Part shown: piece after piece, positions 56,369 to 64,000 of the stretch
Layout of the letters: every line of letters starts with the position of its first letter
How positions within the stretch are numbered: the first letter of the stretch is position 1
DNA from: Minisyncoccota bacterium
GTDB taxonomy: Bacteria > Patescibacteriota > Minisyncoccia > Phycocordibacterales > UBA9973
Length of the DNA: 64,000 bases
Reading direction: 5' to 3'
NCBI GenBank assembly: GCA_041667145.1
Contig: JBAYFP010000003.1
Coordinates: forward strand, 8,424-72,423
Translations under genes and position numbers: made by a program
The notes under the pieces: model-generated
Told to the model about the DNA's origin: nothing
Seen by the model: the letters and a program-made list of their open reading frames with translations, nothing else
Databases searched by the model: none

Positions 56369-58399
56369 CTACATGAACAAAGCTACTAGTGCGAGAGAAA
56401 GAGTTCCTAGCAATTTTACCAACACGTGTAGAGAAGGACCAGATGTATCTTTGAATGGATCACCGACAGTATCTCCTGTGACAGCTGCTTTATGAGCTTC
56501 ACTACCCTTTCCGCCTAGATTCCCCATTTCAATATATTTTTTAGCATTGTCCCAAGCTCCACCAGCATTGTTCATAAGAGTAGCAAGGAGAATACCAGCG
56601 ATAGTACCTACCATGATGAGTCCCGCCTCTGCTTCTGCTTTCATAAATACTCCGACGAGTATAGGCACAGCAACAGCGAGTACTCCTGGTAAAATCATTT
56701 CTCTTAAGGCTGCTTTAGTGGTGATATCTACGCATGCTGCGTAATCAGGTTTACTCGTTCCTGCCATTATTCCTGAATCAGCTTTAAATTGACGTCGAAC
56801 TTCTTCAACAATTTTTCCTGCTGCTTTTCCTACGGCCATCATTGTAAGACCAGAGAAAAAGAAAACTAACATTGCTCCTATCAATGCAGCAACGAAAACT
56901 TCTACTTTTGCTAAGTCTACAGTAGCAATTCCTGCCTCTTGTAAAAATGCTGAGAAAAGTAAAAAGGCTGCAAGTGCTGCACTACCCATGGCATATCCTT
57001 TAGTCAAAGCCTTTGTAGTATTTCCTGCAGAATCAAGTTTGTCTGTCCTTTGTCTTACTGCTTCTGACGCACCAGACATTTCAACTATTCCACCTGCATT
57101 ATCTGTGATTGGTCCAAATGTATCCATGGCAAGAACATATGCAGCAGTAGCTAACATTCCCATAGTAGCGACAGCTGTACCATAAAGTCCTCCTGAAGCA
57201 AAACCTGTCATCGCTCCTAATTTAAATGAACAGAGAAGGGCTGCAGAAATAGTGACGACAGTTGCTGCTGTACATTCAAAGCCTACAGAAAGTCCTGCGA
57301 TAATATTCGTAGCATGCCCAGTCTTAGAAGCGTTTGCAATGGACTGCACAGGTCTGTATTTGTGTTCTGTATAATATTGAGTGATAAATACAAAGGCAAT
57401 ACTTGCGACGATACCTACCAACCCTGCGTAAAAGAATAATACATTACCTAACATATCCATCGTGACGAAATAGAAAGCGACAGTAGCCAAAGCACAAGTG
57501 ACAAAATATCCTTTATTTAAAGCTTTCAATGGCTCATCTTCCTCTTTTGCCTTAGCAAACATTACTCCGATAATAGCCGCAAGTAATCCAAAACCTCTGA
57601 TAACTAATGGGAAAATAATACCGTTAATTCCAAAATGAGGGAAAAGAGCAACACCTAAAATCATTGCTCCGATATTTTCTGCTGCAGTTGATTCAAAAAG
57701 ATCTGCTCCACGGCCTGCGCAATCTCCGACATTGTCTCCGACTAAGTCAGCAATAACGGCTGGATTTCTTGCATCGTCTTCAGGAATTCCTGCTTCAACT
57801 TTACCGACTAAATCTGCTCCGACATCTGCTGCCTTTGTGTAAATTCCTCCTCCGAGCTGAGCAAAAAGTGCCACCAAGCTAGCTCCAAAACCGAAACCGA
57901 CGAGTAAGGCTGGAATTTGTATTGCTGTATATCCCAATAATCCATAAATATAATAAAGTCCTGTGATACCTATCAAACTCAAAGCAACTATAGTAATTCC
58001 AGAAACTGCTCCGGCTCTTAAAGCAATAGTCAATGCTTTACTCAAGCTCGTTTGTGCCGCAGAAGCCGTTCTGATGTTTGACCTGACAGAGATCCACATA
58101 CCGACAAGACCAGAAAGTCCTGAGAGGGCAGCACCTAAAAGAAAAGCGAGTCCGACTTGAAGACCTGCCTCAGGTTTTCCATTTAAAGCATAAACTCCGT
58201 AAAGTAATAATGCTAAACAAACAGCCATAATGCCAATGGTCTTATATTGTCTTTTTAAAAACGCATTTGCACCCTTTTTGATAGCTTCATAAATTTCCTG
58301 CATTTTTAATGTACCCATATCTTGTTTTTTAATCCAATAAACGAGATATCCGGCAAAAAGTAAAGCAAGAAGAGATATAATAAATGAAGTTAATAACAT
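56369..58399 (-). CDS. hppA: Membrane-bound proton/sodium-translocating pyrophosphatase.
   Basis: 676 aa. Signature GGIYTKAADVGADLVGKVE. 15 to 16 TM segments. Confidence 0.95.
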   Translation of the reverse strand: MLLTSFIISLLALLFAGYLVYWIKKQDMGTLKMQEIYEAIKKGANAFLKRQYKTIGIMAVCLALLLYGVYALNGKPEAGLQVGLAFLLGAALSGLSGLVGMWISVRSNIRTASAAQTSLSKALTIALRAGAVSGITIVALSLIGITGLYYIYGLLGYTAIQIPALLVGFGFGASLVALFAQLGGGIYTKAADVGADLVGKVEAGIPEDDARNPAVIADLVGDNVGDCAGRGADLFESTAAENIGAMILGVALFPHFGINGIIFPLVIRGFGLLAAIIGVMFAKAKEEDEPLKALNKGYFVTCALATVAFYFVTMDMLGNVLFFYAGLVGIVASIAFVFITQYYTEHKYRPVQSIANASKTGHATNIIAGLSVGFECTAATVVTISAALLCSFKLGAMTGFASGGLYGTAVATMGMLATAAYVLAMDTFGPITDNAGGIVEMSGASEAVRQRTDKLDSAGNTTKALTKGYAMGSAALAAFLLFSAFLQEAGIATVDLAKVEVFVAALIGAMLVFFFSGLTMMAVGKAAGKIVEEVRRQFKADSGIMAGTSKPDYAACVDITTKAALREMILPGVLAVAVPILVGVFMKAEAEAGLIMVGTIAGILLATLMNNAGGAWDNAKKYIEMGNLGGKGSEAHKAAVTGDTVGDPFKDTSGPSLHVLVKLLGTLSLALVALFM

Positions 58400-58620
58400 A
58401 AATTTTTAATAAATTAACCCGACGCTAAAAAGCGGGGTAAGCTAATAATAAATAATAAAAAAAATTATAGATCTTCGACTTTCTATAATTAATTAACCAG
58501 AAATAACTATAACTGAATATCTGCCAAAAAGCAAACAAAAATAGGTTGATTTTCATTAATTTGGTATAATAGAGTTAGGTCAAATTATTAGTTAATAAAA
58601 AAATTAAAATATAAAAAATT

Positions 58621-59319
58621 ATGAAAAAATACATAAACCTGTTTATTATAAGCGCATTAGTATTCTCGCTCTTTGGCCCCCTTAAGATGGTCCAAGCAGT
58701 TGAAGATTCAAATGAGGCAGATAAGAATCTAGGGCAAGAAGTAAAAACTTTAGAACAAGACTTTAAAGAGAAAAAGGATGAGGTCAAAAATGAATTAAAA
58801 GATAAAATAGAAAAAATAAGAGAAGATGCAAATACTTTGAGAGAGGAGGCAAAAAGTAAAATGGAGGTATTAAAAGAAAATTTGAAAAAACAAAAAGATC
58901 AAGTTAAAGCAAAGGTCGCAGAACTCCGAATCACCGGCCGCGAAAAAGCTTTAGAAAGATTTGATAACAAAATAAAAGAGTTAGAAGATTTAAAACAAAA
59001 AGTTGGTAATCAAATCATTAAATTAAAAGCAAAAGGAATAGATACAACTGGAGCAGAAAGTTTAGTTACCATTATTGAAGCAAAATTAGCTACAATAAAA
59101 GCAAAAATAGCAGAAGCTAATACATTGTTGGCGCAATCCACAAACCAACTTTCAGCAGAAAATAAGGCTAAATTACAAACTCTCACTAAAGATACACAAA
59201 CCCTAATCCAAGAAGTACACAAAGCTTTAAACGATGCAGTCAAATCATTAAAGGATGCAGTAAAAGCAAAAAATGCTACCACTGAAAAAGCTTCCACAGA
59301 GACAGAGAATAATCAATAA
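58621..59319 (+). CDS. Secreted K/E-rich coiled-coil protein.
   Basis: 232 aa. Signal peptide MKKYINLFIISALVFSLFGPLKMVQA. Heptad-like K/E/L-rich sequence throughout. Confidence 0.5.
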   Translation: MKKYINLFIISALVFSLFGPLKMVQAVEDSNEADKNLGQEVKTLEQDFKEKKDEVKNELKDKIEKIREDANTLREEAKSKMEVLKENLKKQKDQVKAKVAELRITGREKALERFDNKIKELEDLKQKVGNQIIKLKAKGIDTTGAESLVTIIEAKLATIKAKIAEANTLLAQSTNQLSAENKAKLQTLTKDTQTLIQEVHKALNDAVKSLKDAVKAKNATTEKASTETENNQ

Positions 59320-59345
59320 ATTATAAATTTAAATAAAATAATCTT

Positions 59346-59579
59346 ATGGAAACAGAAAAAAAATCAAATGGAGCATTACTTGGATCAATAGTCATCATCG
59401 TCCTCCTTATCATTGGTGGTATATACATCTGGCAATCTAAAGTACAGAAAGCTTTGGAGCAAAAGAAAACGGAAGCTGGAATGGTGACGCCTGAAGACGC
59501 AAATGCATTAGATGCACTTGACCAAGACATAAATGCAACAGATCCTAATGTAGGAGTAGATGCAAGTACTATAAATTAA
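59346..59579 (+). CDS. Small single-TM protein.
   Basis: 77 aa. TM segment GALLGSIVIIVLLIIGGIYIW. Confidence 0.35.
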   Translation: METEKKSNGALLGSIVIIVLLIIGGIYIWQSKVQKALEQKKTEAGMVTPEDANALDALDQDINATDPNVGVDASTIN

Positions 59580-59586
59580 AAATAAT

Positions 59587-59687
59587 AAAAATGTAAAGAA
59601 ACACTTTTTCATGGCTCGCACTCGAACCTGAATATGGTTTACGAATGTAATATTGCGTATGCCAAAAAAAGTGTTTCTTTACATTTT
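59587..59687. repeat. Hairpin element with a perfect 22 bp AT-rich inverted repeat (aaaatgtaaagaaacacttttt / aaaaagtgtttctttacatttt) around a 57 nt GC-richer core.
   Basis: Read directly. Same architecture as the E-family elements. Located downstream of 59346..59579 and upstream of tig. Confidence 0.6.
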
Positions 59688-59768
59688 TTACGGAAGTTAT
59701 TAAAAAGCATCTGCTTCGTGTTTTTTTATTATCTTTGCATTTTTTTTAAAAAAATATAGTATATTTAT

Positions 59769-60857
59769 ATGTCTAAAATAAACGTAAAAAAATTACCAAA
59801 AAGTGAAGTAGAAATCGAAGGAGAGATAGAAGCTGATGTTTTTGAGGCCTATTTCAGTAAGGCTGTAAAAAAAATAGGAGAAAACTTGGAAATGGATGGT
59901 TTCCGAAAAGGAAAAGTCCCTGAAAATATTTTACTTTCTAAGATACCCGAAGCACAAATATTAGGAGAAATGGCAGAGCTTGCACTCAGTGAACATTACC
60001 CACAAATTTTAAAAGATGAAAAGATTGATGCCATCAGCCAACCAGAAATTTCTATCACCAAACTCGCTCGTAAAAATCCTCTAGGATTTAAAATAAAAAC
60101 AGCAACGATGCCTGAGATGGATCTTCCTGATTATAAACAAATCGCTAAAAAAGTTGTTTCAGAAATAAAAGACGAAGAAAAAAACGTAGAACCCACCGAG
60201 AAAGAAGTAGAAGACACTATCATGGACATCAGAAAATCACGTGCTCCTAAAATACATATGGCAAATGAAGCTGAACACATACACAAGGAAGGTGAAAAAC
60301 ATGAGCACGAAGAAAAAAAAGAGATAAAAGAAGAAGAACTACCACCATTTAATGATGAATTCGTACAAGCATTAGGACCCTTCAAAAATATAGAGGATTT
60401 TAAAGAAAAATTAAAACAAAATATAAAATTAGAAAAAGAAAATCAGTTAAAAGAAAAAACCCGACTAAAAATCGTAGAAAAAATAATCGACGACTTGAAA
60501 GTTGAAATGCCAGAAATCCTAATAGAAGTAGAATTAAACAAAATTTTATATAGAATGGAATCTGACATCACTCAAATGGGTCTAAAATTCGAGGACTATT
60601 TGAAACATTTAAGCAAGACAGTTGAGGATTTGAGAAAAGAATTCAGAGTCGATGCAGAAAAGAAAGCAAAACTTGGTTTAATCTTAAATAAAATAGCTGA
60701 ATTAGAAAAAATTACTGCCGACCCTGAACAAGTAGCCAATGAAGTAGCAAAAATACTCGAACATTACAAAGATACTGATGCTGAACGCGCCACAATACAC
60801 GCTGAAAATGTTTTAACTAATGAAAAGGTGTTTCAGTTTTTGGAAGAACAGAAATAG
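59769..60857 (+). CDS. tig: Trigger factor (short form).
   Basis: 362 aa. N-terminal ribosome-binding signature DGFRKGKVP. Conserved tig-clpP neighbourhood. Confidence 0.85.
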   Translation: MSKINVKKLPKSEVEIEGEIEADVFEAYFSKAVKKIGENLEMDGFRKGKVPENILLSKIPEAQILGEMAELALSEHYPQILKDEKIDAISQPEISITKLARKNPLGFKIKTATMPEMDLPDYKQIAKKVVSEIKDEEKNVEPTEKEVEDTIMDIRKSRAPKIHMANEAEHIHKEGEKHEHEEKKEIKEEELPPFNDEFVQALGPFKNIEDFKEKLKQNIKLEKENQLKEKTRLKIVEKIIDDLKVEMPEILIEVELNKILYRMESDITQMGLKFEDYLKHLSKTVEDLRKEFRVDAEKKAKLGLILNKIAELEKITADPEQVANEVAKILEHYKDTDAERATIHAENVLTNEKVFQFLEEQK

Positions 60858-60862
60858 AATTT

Positions 60863-61126
60863 CTATTCTCCTTTTAATCCTTTACTAAAGGTATCAGGTT
60901 GCTTCCAGCCTCTATGACTAAAATCAAATATTTTATCGACTTCTTCCTTCGACAAACCTTTCTCTTTTGCTATTCTTATGATATCAGAACAAGTACTAAC
61001 ATGTGGTGCTTCTTTAGAATCAAAAAGAAGATCAAAAATCTTTTTAAATTCTTTAATAGTTTCCTCTCTCTCCTCAGACATGATCTTATTAGGTATGTTT
61101 TCCATAGTAATATATCTTAACGCCAT
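60863..61126 (-). CDS. Hypothetical small protein.
   Basis: 87 aa ORF between tig and the RAYT unit. No motifs. Confidence 0.3.
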   Translation of the reverse strand: MALRYITMENIPNKIMSEEREETIKEFKKIFDLLFDSKEAPHVSTCSDIIRIAKEKGLSKEEVDKIFDFSHRGWKQPDTFSKGLKGE

Positions 61127-61210
61127 TAGCGAAATTATTTTATAATACCTTAATACTACCCCCCCCCGACATATTTTGTCAAATATTTGTATTAATCCAG
61201 CCCACTACTT

Positions 61211-61914
61211 AAACACTTGGACATCGGATGTCCAAGTGTTTAATTTTCTAATTCTTTTAACATTTCTTTTCTTAATTCCATATCTTCCAACGATGAAGAG
61301 ACAAAGTCCTCGTACTCTTTTTTATTTCTAAACTGTTCTAGCACAATATTTGTATTACAAAATTTATTATTTAACGTTTCATCTAAAAATTCATTCAAAC
61401 TTGATTTACTCAACTTAGACATCGGATGTCCAAGTTTGTTATTTCCATTAATATAAGCGCTAAGGTGAAGCAAATATTCATTTGAATCAATATGTTTTGA
61501 TTTAAATTTACCTTGGAAAAGAACACCGCTACGTTTATGCCTATTATTAAAATATTTTGTATACCCATTCCCCAACCTCTGCATAAATTTCTCAACCCCT
61601 TTCTCTTGAAGAGGAGTAATTAAAAAATGAAAGTGATTAGGGTTCATACAATAAGCAATAAATTGTACAAGCGGTTTCTTTTTTTTATTAGCTTCGCCAA
61701 ACTTTTTCTTAAAAGAAAATTCATAAACACTACCGATTGGCTCTGTTTGATTAAAATCAAATATACTTTCACAAAAACGAAATAAATCCTTTTCATCAAC
61801 AAAAATATTCCTCTTATCTGTTCCACGATTATAAATATGATAATACTCATTAATTGCAAAAGAATGTTTTCTCATACTCAAACTATATCACTTGGACATC
61901 GGATGTCCAAGTGG
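61211..61914 (-). mobile_element. REP-RAYT-REP unit B, inserted between tig and clpP. Its cognate palindrome family REP2 (ttggacatcggatgtccaa) is distinct from REP1.
   Basis: Palindromes at 61211..61241 (overlapping the stop codon), 61412..61436 (inside the coding sequence) and 61889..61914 (8 nt upstream of the start and 37 nt upstream of clpP). Confidence 0.7.
61240..61881 (-). CDS. IS200-like Y1 HuH transposase of the RAYT type, paralog of 1830..2486.
   Basis: 213 aa. [15 protein letters not shown], the HuH motif NPNHFHFLI, and [23 protein letters not shown]. About 40% identical to RAYT A across the conserved blocks. Confidence 0.8.
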   Translation of the reverse strand: MSMRKHSFAINEYYHIYNRGTDKRNIFVDEKDLFRFCESIFDFNQTEPIGSVYEFSFKKKFGEANKKKKPLVQFIAYCMNPNHFHFLITPLQEKGVEKFMQRLGNGYTKYFNNRHKRSGVLFQGKFKSKHIDSNEYLLHLSAYINGNNKLGHPMSKLSKSSLNEFLDETLNNKFCNTNIVLEQFRNKKEYEDFVSSSLEDMELRKEMLKELEN

Positions 61915-61950
61915 CTTGATTCACTCATAAAACAGGTATATTATAGACAC

Positions 61951-62550
61951 ATGTTAATACCAACAGTAATAGAAAAATCACAATTTGGAGAAAGAGCTTA
62001 TGATATATACTCCCGTCTTTTAAGAGAGAGAATAGTTTTCTTGGCTGGCCCTATCGATGACAACGTCGCAAATATCGTCATTGCACAGCTTTTATTTTTA
62101 GAATCAGAAGATTCAAAAAAAGATATCTCACTCTATATCAACTCCCCTGGCGGATCTGTGACTTCAACTTTAGCAATAGTAGACACCATGAACCATGTTC
62201 GCCCAGATATTTCTACTTTTTGTGTGGGAATAGCGGCATCCGGTGCAGCTATTATACTTTCTGCAGGTAAAAAAGGTAAAAGATTTATTTTGCCAAATGC
62301 AGAAATAATGATTCATCAGCCACTCGGTGGTGTAGAGGGACAAGCTACAGATATCGCTATCACTGCTAAACACATTTTGAAAACGAGAGACAATTTAAAT
62401 AAAATTTTAGCCAAAAATACAGGCAAACCTCTAACTCAAATAGAAAAAGATGTGGAAAGAGATTTCTTCATGGATGCAGAAGAGGCCAAGAAATATGGCA
62501 TTATCGATGAAATAGTCACCAAATCAAAAGCCCCTACTCCAAAATCATAA
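61951..62550 (+). CDS. clpP: ATP-dependent Clp protease proteolytic subunit.
   Basis: [29 protein letters not shown] plus catalytic Ser (GIAASGAA), His and Asp context. The start is taken at the ATG at 61951, because the upstream extension in the ORF track covers a REP2 palindrome. Confidence 0.9.
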   Translation: MLIPTVIEKSQFGERAYDIYSRLLRERIVFLAGPIDDNVANIVIAQLLFLESEDSKKDISLYINSPGGSVTSTLAIVDTMNHVRPDISTFCVGIAASGAAIILSAGKKGKRFILPNAEIMIHQPLGGVEGQATDIAITAKHILKTRDNLNKILAKNTGKPLTQIEKDVERDFFMDAEEAKKYGIIDEIVTKSKAPTPKS

Positions 62551-62798
62551 GTTTCTCAAAAAACACAAAAACTGACTAATTATCAACATATAGACAAAAT
62601 ATGTTTAATTTGTTATATTACATATGTTGAATTTTACAAATTTATTTTCACTTAGTTTATAAGAATATCCTATATATGTTGTTGAGAGATAAAATTTTAG
62701 AGAAAAATTCCCCATGTTTTAAAGGAATCAATCATATCTTTTGCCTAAGAGCAAAACTGCAGATATAGTGGCTTGTTTTTATAAGCTGAAATAAGCTT

Positions 62799-64000
62799 AT
62801 GAGCACATTAATAATAATTCTAATCGGAGTCGGTGTACTCCTTTTGGGTGTAGGAATCGGATATTATCTCCGAGTTATCGTCGCGTTAGGAAAAAGAAAA
62901 TCTATAGAAATTGACATCAAACAAATGATGGTCGGTGCCAAAGAAGAGGCACAAAAAATAACAGATGAAGCCAAAAATAAAGTAGAAAAGAGGCTTACAG
63001 AGTTAAAGGAAGAAGAAAAGAAGAGAGAGCAAGAATATAAAGAGACAGAAAAAAGACTTATCAAAAAAGATGAGTTTTTAGACATTCGACAAGTCGAAAT
63101 AAATAAAGAAGCTGAAAATATCAAATTAAAAGTAGAAGAAGTAAAAAAAATTCAAGAAAAAATATCAGGAATCGAAACAGAAAAAAGAGCCGAACTTGAA
63201 AAAGTATCAAAACTCACAGAAGAAGAAGCAAAAGAAGTATTGATGAGAGATATCGAGAAAAAATATGAAGAAGATATCTTAATCAGAATCCAAAAACTTG
63301 AAAATAGTAATGAAGAAAAGTTGGACAGAAGAGCAAAAGATATCTTGGCTACATCCATCCAACGTCTTGCTTCAAGTACTGCCTCTGAATTGATGACGAC
63401 TATCGTCAGTATCCCAAATAACGAAATAAAAGGTAAAGTTATCGGAAAAGAAGGCCGAAATATAAGAGCTTTTGAGAGGGCTTCAGGAGTAGAGCTCATT
63501 GTGGATGATACTCCAGGATCTATCATCATTTCATCTTTCGACCCTATCAGACGACAAGTAGCTCGTTTAGCTCTTGAAAATTTAATCTTAGATGGACGCA
63601 TCCAGCCAGCCAAAATTGAAGAACTAGTAGAAAAAGCTAAAGAGGATATAAATAAAATCATAAAAGAAAAAGGTGAACAAGCAGTGTATGAATGTGGAAT
63701 ATTTAATTTTGATCCACGCATTGTCGCTATCATAGGACGATTATATTTCCGTACAAGTTATGGGCAAAATGTTCTTCAACATTCTATAGAGATGGCACAT
63801 ATCGCTGGAATGATTGCTGAAGAACTCGGAGCAGATGTAGCCATCGCTAAAGCAGGTGCATTAGTACATGATATAGGAAAAGCACTCGATCATGAAGTAC
63901 AAGGTACTCATATAGAGATAGGTATGAGAATATTACAGAAATTCGGTGCGGACGAGCGTATTATAACTGCGATGAAGTCACATCATGAAGATCATCCTTA
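62799..64000 (+). CDS. rny: Ribonuclease Y, 3' truncated at the window end.
   Basis: N-terminal TM segment, K/E-rich coiled coil, KH domain (GKVIGKEGRNIRAFE) and HD domain (HSIEMAHIAGMIAEELG...LVHDIGKA). The ORF is open to position 64000. Confidence 0.85.
   Translation, partial: MSTLIIILIGVGVLLLGVGIGYYLRVIVALGKRKSIEIDIKQMMVGAKEEAQKITDEAKNKVEKRLTELKEEEKKREQEYKETEKRLIKKDEFLDIRQVEINKEAENIKLKVEEVKKIQEKISGIETEKRAELEKVSKLTEEEAKEVLMRDIEKKYEEDILIRIQKLENSNEEKLDRRAKDILATSIQRLASSTASELMTTIVSIPNNEIKGKVIGKEGRNIRAFERASGVELIVDDTPGSIIISSFDPIRRQVARLALENLILDGRIQPAKIEELVEKAKEDINKIIKEKGEQAVYECGIFNFDPRIVAIIGRLYFRTSYGQNVLQHSIEMAHIAGMIAEELGADVAIAKAGALVHDIGKALDHEVQGTHIEIGMRILQKFGADERIITAMKSHHEDHP

Noticed and set aside
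59620-59645. tRNA-like T-arm (ggttcgagt on the minus strand) in the core of the 59587..59687 hairpin element
   Set aside because: The flanking 5-mers are not complementary, and no D-arm or acceptor stem can be built. It is not a tRNA.
61837-61950. Upstream extension of clpP to the ATG at 61837 as in the ORF track
   Set aside because: The extension covers a REP2 palindrome and overlaps the RAYT start. Conserved ClpP N-termini begin near MLIPTVIE, so the ATG at 61951 is used.
62864-63733. ORFs 62864..63124 (-) and 63152..63733 (-)
   Set aside because: They are antisense to the well-supported rny gene, and their translations are Ser/Phe-rich and low-complexity.

Overview
This is a low-GC window (roughly one third G+C by eye) dominated by short housekeeping genes. 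Most genes lie on the minus strand. Gene content: ftsK, recA, efp, rpsF-ssb-rpsR, tatD, metG, glyQS, recO, ileS, argS, dut, tmk, glyA, sodA, a split comEC, rnhA, recJ, hit, pgk-tpiA, nusA, hppA, tig, clpP, and rny (3' truncated). There is also a type IV pilus operon (pilB, pilC, pilin and pseudopilin genes, and a large PilX-like protein) preceded by three repeat-rich secreted proteins. Two giant threonine/glycine-rich surface proteins carry PG_binding_1 anchors. This gene set looks like a small-genome Patescibacteria/CPR-type bacterium, but that placement is an inference from content only. The unusual part of the window is a heavy load of GC-rich palindromic DNA standing out from the AT-rich background. 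(1) Two divergent IS200-like/RAYT Y1 HuH transposase genes, each flanked by its own palindrome family (REP-RAYT-REP units). One of them separates tig from clpP. (2) A 45-55 nt nested palindrome family inserted in-frame, in the same orientation and reading frame, in ileS, argS and rnhA; an unrelated in-frame palindrome sits in tatD. (3) A near-identical 35 nt GC-rich core found at two loci, with diverged relatives at two more, each embedded in a locus-specific 20-23 bp AT-rich inverted repeat. Other notable items: ileS carries an internal, complete histidine-phosphatase (RHGE) domain and is preceded by a T-box leader. An orphan wHTH plus Cas2-like-fold protein has a palindromic operator upstream. 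A 582 aa protein with tandem Cys-rich modules lies between argS and ileS. A stand-alone sodA sits on the opposite strand between the two halves of comEC. No CRISPR array, rRNA or convincing tRNA was found.
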